Shown here: positions 40,997 through 51,054 of the stretch, in pieces
Numbering within the stretch: the stretch's first letter is position 1
Layout: each line of letters begins with the position of its first letter
NCBI GenBank assembly: GCA_048939015.1
Contig: JBHLPW010000037.1
Location: 1-52,819 of the forward strand
Length of the DNA: 52,819 nucleotides
DNA from: Promethearchaeota archaeon
Lineage (GTDB): Archaea > Asgardarchaeota > Lokiarchaeia > Sigyniarchaeales > SOKP01
Reading direction: 5' to 3'
Position numbers and translations under genes: made by a program
Notes under the pieces: generated by a model
Database searches by the model: none
Told to the model about the DNA's origin: nothing
Seen by the model: only the letters and a program-made list of their open reading frames with translations

Positions 40997-41134
40997 ATGA
41001 TGAAATTTATTCGTAAGAAATTAAATCGAAAATACAAAAAAGAAGAATTAATTAAACGATATGAAGAACAGAAATTAGCGCTTGATAATGGTATCAAAAG
41101 AAATCAATCTGTTTGTGGCGGTTTAGGTCATTAG
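40997..41134 (+). CDS. Possible 45-aa small protein (MMKFIRKKLNRK..VCGGLGH)
   Basis: ATG..TAG ORF translated by hand, below the ORF-track cutoff; AGGA about 10 nt upstream. Confidence 0.3.
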   Translation: MMKFIRKKLNRKYKKEELIKRYEEQKLALDNGIKRNQSVCGGLGH

Positions 41135-41163
41135 AGATTACTTATTAAAAGAATATATTTTAT

Positions 41164-42087
41164 TTACAACTTTTCTAAATTATTTAAGGGATGCATCTGA
41201 GAATAGGACTCTTTTAACTTAGTTATATCATTTTTGGCATAAATACGGGTAGTATTTGGGCTTGAATGTCCTAAAATATCTTGTAATTCACTAATATCCA
41301 TGCCAGAGCGTCTTAGATGAGTTGCTCCAGTGTGTCTGAACACATGCGGGGTAATTACCTTAGAAGTAGCAAACCCACATTTTTCTTTAATTGTTTTAAT
41401 GTCTGTCTGTACAACTCGGGGACTTAATTGTTGGTTCCTAGTATTAACTAACAAAAAATCTTCAGAATCATAAATTATCCTATTTTTAAGATTTTCTTCA
41501 AAAATTTCTAATGTTTTCTGATCCACAGGTACAATTCTCTCTTTATTTCCTTTTCCTCGAAGTCTGATATAACCTCTCTCAAAATCTATATCTCTAATTT
41601 TTATGTTACATAATTCACTTACTCTGGCCATAGTAGAATACAATAATCTGATAATTAAATAATATCTACTGCTTCTACGAGAGTTGAACAATTTCCGGTC
41701 TTTCAATTTTTTAAAAATTTCTTCCATATCGGAGATTCTTAGAAATTTCGGTAAACTTTCTTCAAGTTTAATTTTAGGAGTTTTAATTGTACTCATAGGA
41801 TCTTTTTCCATAAACTCATTTAAAGTTAAAAATTTAAAATATGAACGAAGAGAAGCGATTTTTCTCCCAATCCCCTTTTTAGTATAATCTAAATCATTTA
41901 ATTTCTTTAAAAATAAACGTATTTTTTGGCGTAGTAGGGGAGAATTAATTTGTAAGTCCCCTACAAGCTCGATAAATTTCTGAAGATCATAATGGTATGC
42001 CTTAATAGTGGAGGAAGCACATCCTTCTTCAACTTCTTTCGCAATCAAAAAATCCTCAATAAAATCGGAAATTTTGTAGTTTTCCAT
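41164..42087 (-). CDS. xerA: XerA/XerC-type tyrosine recombinase
   Basis: SAM-like N-terminus (TIKAY..DL), ARVSEL, GKGNKER, TPHVFRH, LGHSSPNTTRIY. Confidence 0.9.
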   Translation of the reverse strand: MENYKISDFIEDFLIAKEVEEGCASSTIKAYHYDLQKFIELVGDLQINSPLLRQKIRLFLKKLNDLDYTKKGIGRKIASLRSYFKFLTLNEFMEKDPMSTIKTPKIKLEESLPKFLRISDMEEIFKKLKDRKLFNSRRSSRYYLIIRLLYSTMARVSELCNIKIRDIDFERGYIRLRGKGNKERIVPVDQKTLEIFEENLKNRIIYDSEDFLLVNTRNQQLSPRVVQTDIKTIKEKCGFATSKVITPHVFRHTGATHLRRSGMDISELQDILGHSSPNTTRIYAKNDITKLKESYSQMHPLNNLEKL

Positions 42088-42219
42088 GTTATATGGAAAT
42101 TATCGTGATAATACAAAATATAGTGTGATATGCTGGTATCATGTCAGTTCTTCTCTGCTAATTTTATAACAAAGAGAGTTTATTGTCATGAAATTGAAGA
42201 CTTTTTTAAAAAGATAATA

Positions 42220-43011
42220 TCAGAGTAAAAACTCAAGAAGTGTTTTGGTAAATAATTCAGATTCCTCGGCAAAAATATTATGTGCGCTTTTTTCAAACAA
42301 CACAACTTTCGCATCTGGAATTAAGTTAGCTAAAACCTCAGCATTTTCCGGGACTACAAGAATATCTTTTTTTCCATGCATAATCAAGGTTTTAGCCTTG
42401 ATATTCTTAAGTCGTTTACATGAAAGCAAGGTCAATCCTGCTTTCATTCGACGCTTGAGAGTTTCTTCTGAAATTGGATTTTTAAGAATTTTCTTGATAA
42501 AGTTATCAATCTCTACTGGGTTATTTTTGATATACTCCTCTGTTAGCACATATGGAATGATTTCTCTAATCTGCTCTTCAGAATTAAATGCTAGATTAGT
42601 CCTCCCAGTCATTTTTATAACGTCGGGTGAGGGAAAAAAAGCCTTTCTACCCATACATTGAGTGGAGCAAAGAACAATTTTTTCGACTCTTTCTGGATAA
42701 GTAAGTGCTATTTCCATCACAATACCCCCAAAACCTGAAATGCCATAAAAATGCGCTCGTTCTATATTTAAGGCTTCCAATAAACCAATAGCATCATCAG
42801 CTAAGGTTTTATTTGTATAATCCAAATCTGTATCATCAGTTCTTCCAACACCTCTACAATCATAAATAACTACTGTGAAATGTTTTGAGAGTACATCTAT
42901 TAAGTTTGGATCCCACCAATCAATATTATAACCAATATTCATTAAAAGTGGAAATCCACTTCCATGCTTCTCGTAATAAATATTAATATCATTTACTTTA
43001 ATTTGAGGCAT
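42220..43011 (-). CDS. Alpha/beta hydrolase (enol-lactonase-like)
   Basis: YYEKHGSG, DCRGVGRT, GISGFGG, HGKKD, SAH. Confidence 0.85.
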   Translation of the reverse strand: MPQIKVNDINIYYEKHGSGFPLLMNIGYNIDWWDPNLIDVLSKHFTVVIYDCRGVGRTDDTDLDYTNKTLADDAIGLLEALNIERAHFYGISGFGGIVMEIALTYPERVEKIVLCSTQCMGRKAFFPSPDVIKMTGRTNLAFNSEEQIREIIPYVLTEEYIKNNPVEIDNFIKKILKNPISEETLKRRMKAGLTLLSCKRLKNIKAKTLIMHGKKDILVVPENAEVLANLIPDAKVVLFEKSAHNIFAEESELFTKTLLEFLL

Positions 43012-43149
43012 TTTGATATTGAATTGGATATTATTGAATGTAATATAGTTAATATTATTATCAAATTAATATCAGTTTTGATCACATTTGGATTATAAAA
43101 CTAAAGACAGTTAGAGTATTTAGAAAAGAAGGAGAAGTCCAGAAGGACA

Positions 43150-43296
43150 CTAAAACCTTTTTTGATTACCATACCACCCTTGATTAATGAACAAATAGGC
43201 ATTCATCGCGGCTGTGGTCGCTTCACCAGTAGCAGTGGTTACCTGTCGTATTCCACCAGTGACATCTCCTGCTACGTATATACCTGTGAAATTAGT
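43150..43296 (-). pseudogene. Diverged duplicate of the trxB 3' end (48 codons + TAG)
   Basis: Translates to TNFTGIYVAGDVTGGIRQVTTATGEATTAAMNAYLFINQGWYGNQKRF; 39/43 aa identical to the trxB C-terminus. No start codon at its 5' end. Confidence 0.85.
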
Positions 43297-44241
43297 TTAT
43301 TTTTGTAACCCTTCTCCATACCACCCTTGTTTGATGAAAAGATAAGCATTCATAGCAGCTGTTGTTGCTTCACCAGTAGCAGTGCTTACTTGTCTTATTC
43401 CCCCAGTCACATCCCCAGCGGCATATATTCCTGGAAAATTGGTTTGTTGATTTCTATCAACTTTGATATTATTATCTTCATCAAGTTCTATCCCCGCTTT
43501 CTTCGCCAATTCGCTCTGTGACTCAACTCCTATAGCAATGAATAAAGCTTTTACATTTACATTAGTTATTTCACCAGTTTCAACATTTTTAACTTTTAGT
43601 TCTGCTAATTTATTATCTTTAGGTATTGCTTCCTCAATAACACAATTATACATTGGTTCGACATTGGGTAAAGAGTCGACTTCGTCTACGATACATGCTT
43701 CTGCTCGTAAACAATGTCGTCTATGAATAAGATAGACTTTTTTAGCTACACCTGATAGATAAATTACTTCTAAACCCGCAGTATTACTGCCACCGACAGT
43801 GGCTACTGTTTGATCTCGAAATAATGGTCCATCACATGTAGCACAGTAAGAAATTCCATGACCTACTAAATCAAATTCATTTGGTATTCCAAGTGATAAA
43901 TGTTTAGATCCTGTTGCAATTATTATTGCCTTGGCTTTTATGTCACCACCATAGGAACTAACAGTCATTTCATTTGGATTGATATTAGTAACTTCTTCAA
44001 AAAAGAAATTAGTACCATATTTTTCAGCTTGAGCTCTCATTTTTTCTGTTAACTCAAGACCATTTATACTTTCGAACCCAGGATAATTTTCAATCTTTGG
44101 AGCGGTTCCAGCTAAACCACCAAATCCTTTGTTTTCGTAGAGAGCCGTCTTTAATCCCATTCTTCCCCCATAAATAGCGGCTGTCAATCCAGCGGGTCCA
44201 CCGCCAATAATTACGAGGTCAAATTCATTTGAATTAGGCAT
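43297..44241 (-). CDS. trxB: Thioredoxin reductase
   Basis: GGGPAGL, IENYPG, SYCATCDG, VGGSNTA, HRR, AAGD. Confidence 0.93.
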   Translation of the reverse strand: MPNSNEFDLVIIGGGPAGLTAAIYGGRMGLKTALYENKGFGGLAGTAPKIENYPGFESINGLELTEKMRAQAEKYGTNFFFEEVTNINPNEMTVSSYGGDIKAKAIIIATGSKHLSLGIPNEFDLVGHGISYCATCDGPLFRDQTVATVGGSNTAGLEVIYLSGVAKKVYLIHRRHCLRAEACIVDEVDSLPNVEPMYNCVIEEAIPKDNKLAELKVKNVETGEITNVNVKALFIAIGVESQSELAKKAGIELDEDNNIKVDRNQQTNFPGIYAAGDVTGGIRQVSTATGEATTAAMNAYLFIKQGWYGEGLQK

Positions 44242-44318
44242 TTTAAAACCTATTAGATTAGAGTTTTAATCTATTATACTCAATATAATTTTAATAATTG
44301 TATAAATTTTTGTGTAAT

Positions 44319-45263
44319 TTAATCCTTCTTTAATTGGCGTAGATATTTACATGCACTTATTCCTGCTTTTGCTCCTTCTGCAGTTGCAAAAACTACTTGA
44401 AAGATTCCACCTGTACAATCTCCAGCAGCATAGATTCCATCAATATTCGTTTTTTGCTCTTCATTTACTTTAATATTTCCCTTATCATCTAATTCTACTC
44501 CTGCCTTTTTATAAATTGAATTAGAGGAGATGTGAGACAAAATAAATAGACAACTTAATTCGAATTCGCTTTTTTCTTCAGTATCTTCTATTTTTGGTCC
44601 GGTAACCTTACAGATTATTTTTTCAATTATCCCTTCTGAATTAGGAACTGCTTCGATTACTTCCATATTTTCAATAATTTTAATTCCTGCTTCTTTTACT
44701 TGATAAATCATATCTGGTAAATTATCAATTCCTACATCTGTTATTATTCTTACAATACATCCCATTTGTTGAAGTGCTAATGCATCTTCTAAAGTTTCTT
44801 CATCTTTACCATATAAATAAACAATTTTATCTTTGTAAGATGGACCATCACTTAACGCACTATAGGAAACTCCAAAACCTAATAAATTATCCTCTCCTTT
44901 TATTATTTCTTTTCGAGTTCCTCTACCAGACGCAATAATAACTACATCAGATGTTATATTAGCAGTTCTGGTTGATGTACTATTTACCCCCATACCAAGC
45001 ATAAGTGAAATAACATCATCTTTGATAATTCGGATGTTTTCTGAATAACTTTCAGCATGAGCTCTAATTTTGCCTAATAGATGCTTCCCCTTAATATCAA
45101 TTTCTCCTGGCCAATTTTGTATCTCTTTTGCCCTTAATAAAGAAGAATTCTCTTTTCCCTCTAGTATTATTACATCCCTATTTGCCCGTGCGCAATAAAT
45201 GCCAGCACTCAACCCTGCTGGTCCACTACCTATAATTAATACCTCACATTTAAATTCATCCAT
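44319..45263 (-). CDS. Thioredoxin-reductase-like flavoprotein lacking the CxxC active site
   Basis: GSGPAGL and AAGD FAD motifs kept; SYSALSDG replaces SYCATCDG; NADPH motif degenerate (YGKDEET). Confidence 0.85.
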   Translation of the reverse strand: MDEFKCEVLIIGSGPAGLSAGIYCARANRDVIILEGKENSSLLRAKEIQNWPGEIDIKGKHLLGKIRAHAESYSENIRIIKDDVISLMLGMGVNSTSTRTANITSDVVIIASGRGTRKEIIKGEDNLLGFGVSYSALSDGPSYKDKIVYLYGKDEETLEDALALQQMGCIVRIITDVGIDNLPDMIYQVKEAGIKIIENMEVIEAVPNSEGIIEKIICKVTGPKIEDTEEKSEFELSCLFILSHISSNSIYKKAGVELDDKGNIKVNEEQKTNIDGIYAAGDCTGGIFQVVFATAEGAKAGISACKYLRQLKKD

Positions 45264-45419
45264 TTTAATAGCCTTTCTTTGGAGTATACTATTATTATTG
45301 AAAAAAGGAATAATTCAAGATTCCTGTTATTTTCTAATTTTAATTATATTTATTATGTGTCTAAATTTAATTTTTTTTACTTTTAAATTTTAATTTAACA
45401 TTTAGATTTTTATAATTTC

Positions 45420-46352
45420 TTATGTTATGAAGAAAAATATTAATGAAATTAATCCTAAAAAAATCATAGTTGTTCCCATTCCTCTTCCCATAGCTTTAGC
45501 TGAAAGTTTTTGAATAAAGTTAGAGGTAATAAATCCTGTTATAAACGAACCAATGCCCAGATATACTATAAATTCGAAATTAAAATAAAATTGACCTTTA
45601 AATGCATATCCTAATATTTGATATGTAGAAAATGTAAAAACACACATGATTATGCTTAAGATCAATGCTGTTCCTACACTTTTTTTAAGTGGATATCCAT
45701 ATAATATGATTAAAACTAAGGTAATAATTAAACCTGAATTTGCTCCAAACATACCCGAATTAAGCCCTACAAATATTCCCAATAAAATTGCTAATATATA
45801 AAATAACTTCGAATAGGGTTTAATTACAGTTTCTATTTGATTACTATTTTTTATGGCTAAATCTTCAACTGCATTAGATTTATTCTCTGTTTTTTTTAAT
45901 TTTGAAGTTTCCTTTCTATGACTTAAAATTCTTTGAGATATTTTATTAACCATCTCTCTTAAACTCTCAGATGTAGGAAATCCTTTAGAAAGGATAGTTG
46001 TTCCCAAGAAAATAATAAAAGCAGGTAAGAACCAACCAAAAATAGAACTCAGAGGTGTAGTAATAAGAATTAAAACACCTAAAAAGGAAACAATTAAAGA
46101 AATTAATATCAAAATCAGGATATTTTTACTAAAATAATACTGCTTTTTTCTGACATAATTAATTGCAACTGAGGAGGCAGCTATAAAATCATTAATAACA
46201 TTAATAGCTATTGCTAATAATACATCTCCAGTGATTAAAAGAATTAGAGGAACCACCACTCCTTGACCCGTCTGACCCACAAAGCTCATGCTAATTCCTA
46301 CAAGTGCACCAATAATAATAAGAAGAGAAATTTGAAATATTTCTAAAACCAA
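45420..46352 (-). CDS. TauE/SafE (TSUP) family permease
   Basis: GQTGQGVVVPL and SGMFGANSG duplicated motifs; KKSVGTAL; multiple TMs. Confidence 0.8.
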   Translation of the reverse strand: MVLEIFQISLLIIIGALVGISMSFVGQTGQGVVVPLILLITGDVLLAIAINVINDFIAASSVAINYVRKKQYYFSKNILILILISLIVSFLGVLILITTPLSSIFGWFLPAFIIFLGTTILSKGFPTSESLREMVNKISQRILSHRKETSKLKKTENKSNAVEDLAIKNSNQIETVIKPYSKLFYILAILLGIFVGLNSGMFGANSGLIITLVLIILYGYPLKKSVGTALILSIIMCVFTFSTYQILGYAFKGQFYFNFEFIVYLGIGSFITGFITSNFIQKLSAKAMGRGMGTTMIFLGLISLIFFFIT

Positions 46353-46519
46353 AATGCATCAATATTTCTTTTTTAAATTTCTAATTAATTATTCGTATTT
46401 AAAATATTAAACAGTTTAAAATTCAAAATATTTTAATGATTTAAGAAATTTTGTTTGATATCATTACACTTTTGTGTTATAAAAAATTTAACAAAAAAAT
46501 CAAAAAAAAGTGAAAAGTT

Positions 46520-48670
46520 ATGTGGACGGATATACCGCCAATTTTATGGCTTGCTTTAATTGCAGGTATATTTTCGATTGGGATGGCACTATATTTTGCT
46601 AAATTAGTACTGAAAGAAGATCCAGGAAATGAGAGAATGATCGAGGTATCTGGTTATATTGAAAAGGGGGCAAAAACCTTCCTTAAAGTTCAATATAAAG
46701 TATTAGGTATTTTTGTAATAGTACTAGCAGTAGCATTACTATTTTTACCTTCTCCATTCGAAGCTAGCCTTACTTATAATAGACTAATACCTGGTGCTTT
46801 AAATTGGGAACAAATGATAGCATATGTTATAGGCTCTATTGGATCAATGATGGCTGGCTATTTAGGAATGATGACTGGTGTGAAGACAAATACACGTTCT
46901 GCTCAAGGTTGTGTTATAAGTACCAAGAAGGGATTTGATATTGCTTTTTTTGGTGGTTCAGTAATGGGACTCGCGGTGGTTGGCGTAGCTCTAATCGGCA
47001 TTTCTGTTTTATATTTTATTATCCCAGATCCTATGATAGTTTTAGGTTTCAGTTTTGGTGCGAGTAGCGTAGCACTTTTTATGAAAGCAGGAGGTGGTAT
47101 CTATACTAAAACAGCGGATGTAGGTGCTGATCTTGTTGGAAAAGCTGAATATGATTTACCTGAGGATGATCCAAGAAACCCCGCAACGATAGCAGACAAT
47201 GTAGGTGATAATGTAGGTGATATTGCTGGGATGGGATCTGATCTCTTTGATTCTTATGTTGCTTCTATTGTAGCTGCTATGATATTAGCGGCAACCCTAG
47301 CTGCCGCTGCTCCAGCATTTTCCCAAATATGGGGACCAATGTCTGAAACCATTAGATATACTTTTGTAATATTCCCTGTTGTCTTAAGCGGTGTTGGACT
47401 AGTTGCTTCTCTGATTTGTATTTACTTAATTAAAATTAAAAAGGGAGAAGATCCTGGAAAGTTATTAAATTTGGGAACATATTTGGCTACAATTGTTTTT
47501 GGAGGTCTAGCTGCAATAATTACAGCAATTATGACAATGGGATTAAGTGGTGCCGAGATGATTTTCCTATGGAAACTTTATGCTTCAGTAGTAATTGGAT
47601 TACTTAGTGGCCTTATAATAGGATTTACAAGTGATTACTTTACTAATGACAAAAAGAAACCAACAAGATCTATTGCAAACGCAGCCAAAGAAGGTGATGC
47701 CGTTGTGATTCTTAGTGGATTTTCTTATGGATTATTAAGTGTTGTTCCTCCTGCTATTGGTATAGTAATTGCTATGGCTGCAACTTATATTCTAGGCGGC
47801 TTATTTGGCGTAGCAATGGCGGCAGTAGGTATGCTTGCAATTGTGGGAACTATTGTCTCTAACGATGCTTATGGTCCAATTGTAGATAATGCTAGAGGGA
47901 TTGCCGAACAAGGTGATTTAGGTGAAGATGTTATTCGAACTGCAGATAGATTAGATTCAGCGGGAAATACAGCAAAAGCTATAACAAAAGGTTTTGCTAT
48001 TGGTGCGGCGAATTTAACTGTGCTTGCTTTAATGTTCTCTTATGCAACTGAGGCAAATGATATTCAACCAGGTACGATAAATGTAGTGGATTTACTTAGA
48101 GTAGAAGTCTTAATTGGAGCATTTATTGGAGTAGTTGTACCTGCATTATACTCTGCTTTATTAGTTCTCGCAGTTCAGAGAAATGCAGCTAAAATGGTTG
48201 ATGAAATTAGAAGACAATTTGAAGAGAATCCAAAAATTTTAAAAGGTGAGGTAGCAGCAGACTTTAACAAATGTATCTCGATCGCGACTAGAGGCGCTTT
48301 AAAAGAGCTTATACTACCTAGTATAATTGCAATCGCTATACCATTAGCAGTTGGAATCTTATTTGGTGTGGCAGGATTAGGTGCATTCTTAGCTGGTGCG
48401 ATTTTATCGGGTTTTGTCTTCGCAATTTTTATGTCAAACGCGGGTGGTTCATGGGACAATGCTAAAAAATGGATTGAGGACGGTAATCTTGGAGGAAAAG
48501 GTACCGATGTACATAAAGCGTCAATTACAGGAGACACTGTTGGAGATCCATTTAAAGATACTGCGGGACCAAGTATAAATACCTTATTAGTTGTTATGTC
48601 ATTAACAGCATCAATCTTTCTTGGATTTCTAATGCTTCTTGGCAATGGAGCCGGACTATTGATATTCTAA
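46520..48670 (+). CDS. hppA: Membrane-bound pyrophosphatase, probably K+-independent H+-pumping
   Basis: GGIYTKTADVGADLVGK, EDDPRN, DNVGDNVGD, GNTAKA (Lys at the K+-dependence position), WDNAKK, GDTVGDPFKD. Confidence 0.96.
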   Translation: MWTDIPPILWLALIAGIFSIGMALYFAKLVLKEDPGNERMIEVSGYIEKGAKTFLKVQYKVLGIFVIVLAVALLFLPSPFEASLTYNRLIPGALNWEQMIAYVIGSIGSMMAGYLGMMTGVKTNTRSAQGCVISTKKGFDIAFFGGSVMGLAVVGVALIGISVLYFIIPDPMIVLGFSFGASSVALFMKAGGGIYTKTADVGADLVGKAEYDLPEDDPRNPATIADNVGDNVGDIAGMGSDLFDSYVASIVAAMILAATLAAAAPAFSQIWGPMSETIRYTFVIFPVVLSGVGLVASLICIYLIKIKKGEDPGKLLNLGTYLATIVFGGLAAIITAIMTMGLSGAEMIFLWKLYASVVIGLLSGLIIGFTSDYFTNDKKKPTRSIANAAKEGDAVVILSGFSYGLLSVVPPAIGIVIAMAATYILGGLFGVAMAAVGMLAIVGTIVSNDAYGPIVDNARGIAEQGDLGEDVIRTADRLDSAGNTAKAITKGFAIGAANLTVLALMFSYATEANDIQPGTINVVDLLRVEVLIGAFIGVVVPALYSALLVLAVQRNAAKMVDEIRRQFEENPKILKGEVAADFNKCISIATRGALKELILPSIIAIAIPLAVGILFGVAGLGAFLAGAILSGFVFAIFMSNAGGSWDNAKKWIEDGNLGGKGTDVHKASITGDTVGDPFKDTAGPSINTLLVVMSLTASIFLGFLMLLGNGAGLLIF

Positions 48671-48847
48671 TTAATCAAAAAATACTTTATTTTTTCTTTT
48701 TTATTTGTATTTTCTTATGGTGTGATTTTAAGAACAAGTTAAATTTTTTAAGTTATTTTTGATAAAATTAAATAATTTTTCTAAATTTCTCAATTATAAT
48801 TTTCCTATTTAAAGAATTTAAGATTAAAAGTCTAAAAATGATATAAA

Positions 48848-49861
48848 ATGTTTGATAAAACTAATTGTGCTAGCTGTGAAAATATTGATTGTCTAACTCG
48901 CTGTCAATGGATAGATATTGATAAGGAGTCAGCAAGAATCGAAATGGAAAAAATGATTAAGGGGGATGATTCATTTGTTTTAAAGGAATGCGTTACATGC
49001 TTCGCTTGTGACGAATATTGCCCCTATAAATCTCATCCTTTTGATTTGATTACCGAATTACAAGAAAAATATAGTAGTCTAAACATTGACCTCGACACAC
49101 AAAAAACCACAATTGATCGGTTTAAACCTCCTGATGAATTACTAATGAAAGAAATCGATCCCGATAAACCAGTTTTCAATAAATGTACTTTTTCAAGAAT
49201 GAATGAAAATGAAATGAAAGGACAGCTATTTGAAGATTTACAATATTTAAGTGGGCGTGCATTTTTCTGTAATTTGCAATATCATCACATGGCTAAGGAT
49301 TCAGTAATTAGAGAAAGGCTCCCAATTGTAATGGATAATTTTAAGAAACATGGTGTAAAAGAATTAATTTGTTGGCATGATGAATGCTATGGATTATGGA
49401 CATCTTATTGTCAAAGAAACAATATAGAAGTGCCTTTTAAGCCAATTCATCTCTTTGAATATGTATATAATTTTTTGAAGGAACATGAATCAGAATTAAC
49501 TAAACTTAATATGAAAATTGCTTATCAAAGAAATTGCTCTAATAGATTTATACCTGAAACTGATAAATGGGTTGATATGATTTGCGAGTTAATAGGAGTT
49601 GAAAGAGTTGCGCGAGAATATGATAGAGAAAATGCTTTATGTTGTGCAGGAGCATTTGGTTGGATAGGTAAAAGTAATTTGGTTAGACCTACTCAAAATA
49701 AAAATGTTAAAGATATGGTTGAATATGGGGCTGAAGCTTGTGTATATAATTGTCCTATGTGTAAACAAGTGTTAGGCGCGAAAGTAGAGAGAAAGGGATT
49801 AAAAAATTATTTGTTAAGTGATTTAGCTCGGATGGCATTAGGAGAAAAGTTAAATTATTAA
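48848..49861 (+). CDS. Fe-S oxidoreductase with CCG domain (HdrD/GlcF-like)
   Basis: CASC..CLTRC, CVTCFACDEYCP, ALCCAG, CPMC. Confidence 0.8.
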   Translation: MFDKTNCASCENIDCLTRCQWIDIDKESARIEMEKMIKGDDSFVLKECVTCFACDEYCPYKSHPFDLITELQEKYSSLNIDLDTQKTTIDRFKPPDELLMKEIDPDKPVFNKCTFSRMNENEMKGQLFEDLQYLSGRAFFCNLQYHHMAKDSVIRERLPIVMDNFKKHGVKELICWHDECYGLWTSYCQRNNIEVPFKPIHLFEYVYNFLKEHESELTKLNMKIAYQRNCSNRFIPETDKWVDMICELIGVERVAREYDRENALCCAGAFGWIGKSNLVRPTQNKNVKDMVEYGAEACVYNCPMCKQVLGAKVERKGLKNYLLSDLARMALGEKLNY

Positions 49862-49879
49862 AAATATTAAAATTCTTTT

Positions 49880-51052
49880 TTATTTTAGAGCGTTTACATC
49901 AAGTTTGTCTAATATTTCAACTAGATCTAATACTTCAAACCCCATATTATATTTTTTATTGGCGTCTGATAGGTTTGTGCGACAAAAGGGACAAATTGAA
50001 GATAATACAGTCGCCCCTGTTTCTTTAGCTTCTTCTAATCTTTCTTTTGAAACTTCTACAGACCAATCTGGATATCCGATCTTCACACCACCACCTGCTC
50101 CACAGCACCAAGCGTTTTCTCTGTTTCTTTGCATCTCAACAAATTCAAGTCCTGGAATTTTTTTATAGACTTCTCTTGGTATATCATACATACCCATATG
50201 ACGTCCTAAATGGCAAGGATCATGATAAGTAACTTTTTTTTGATATTCTGAATTAATTGAAATTCGCTCTTCATCTAATAATTGCTTAATCAATTCGACA
50301 GTATGATAAAGTTTAAAACCGTAGGCAGCATCTAATTTTAACCAATCTTTTTTTATAGTTCGATAGCAACCAGCACATGAAGTTATTACTTTCTTAGCAC
50401 CAGTTCTGTTAATCTGATCAATATTATAGTTTATAAAATCTTTTACGGGATTTGTTTGTCCTGTTCGAAGTATTGGACTACAGCAACAATGTTCATCGAT
50501 AAGAGTAAAATCAATATCTGCTTTCTTAAGGAATCTTATAGTAGCATCTCTGAGCTCTTTTTGTCGATAATTCGAAGTACATCCTACAAAATAAACCCAT
50601 TCTGCTTCATCTGGTAAATCATATTTCTCTTTTAATTGGGAATTATCTGAGTTTTGTTCTCCATAGGGATTGAACATACTAGGATTTTCCGTTCTTTCTA
50701 ATAAAGCTTTTTGTTTTTCTGGACAAAAACCGTTTTCAACGGCTAATGCTCGACCAGCTTCAATAAAATCAACTAAAAAATCTTTAAATTTATCAAATCT
50801 ACAATTTTCAGTACAATTGCCACAAGTAGGACATGCATATATAGCGTTAACAATGCTTTCATTCCAATCTATCTCACCACTTAAAATACCATAAATTAGC
50901 CATAATCTGCCACCTGTACTGTACGTTTCAAATCTAAATTTCTTATAACTTGGGCAATTAAAATCACTAAAATCTTCTGTAAATTTACAATAGCCGCATC
51001 TAAAACATCGATGAACAATATCTTTCCAATCTAGTTTCTTTTCTAATGTCAT
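49880..51052 (-). CDS. HdrD/GlcF-like Fe-S oxidoreductase (two CCG domains)
   Basis: CFRCGYC, CPTCGNC..C, YFVGC, EHCCC, YHDPCHLGR, CCGAGGG, CPFC. Confidence 0.88.
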   Translation of the reverse strand: MTLEKKLDWKDIVHRCFRCGYCKFTEDFSDFNCPSYKKFRFETYSTGGRLWLIYGILSGEIDWNESIVNAIYACPTCGNCTENCRFDKFKDFLVDFIEAGRALAVENGFCPEKQKALLERTENPSMFNPYGEQNSDNSQLKEKYDLPDEAEWVYFVGCTSNYRQKELRDATIRFLKKADIDFTLIDEHCCCSPILRTGQTNPVKDFINYNIDQINRTGAKKVITSCAGCYRTIKKDWLKLDAAYGFKLYHTVELIKQLLDEERISINSEYQKKVTYHDPCHLGRHMGMYDIPREVYKKIPGLEFVEMQRNRENAWCCGAGGGVKIGYPDWSVEVSKERLEEAKETGATVLSSICPFCRTNLSDANKKYNMGFEVLDLVEILDKLDVNALK

Positions 51053-51054
51053 TC

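Noticed and set aside
40772-41097. ORF-track ORFs of 66 and 61 aa
   Set aside because: Non-ATG starts, AT-rich low-information translations and mutual overlap.
41164-42087. Provirus or integrative element integrase
   Set aside because: Xer-type sequence with no tRNA target, att direct repeats or viral genes seen nearby.
44254-44273. TAGATTA-N6-TAATCTA inverted repeat upstream of trxB
   Set aside because: 7-bp AT-rich arms are expected by chance and lack the dif orientation.
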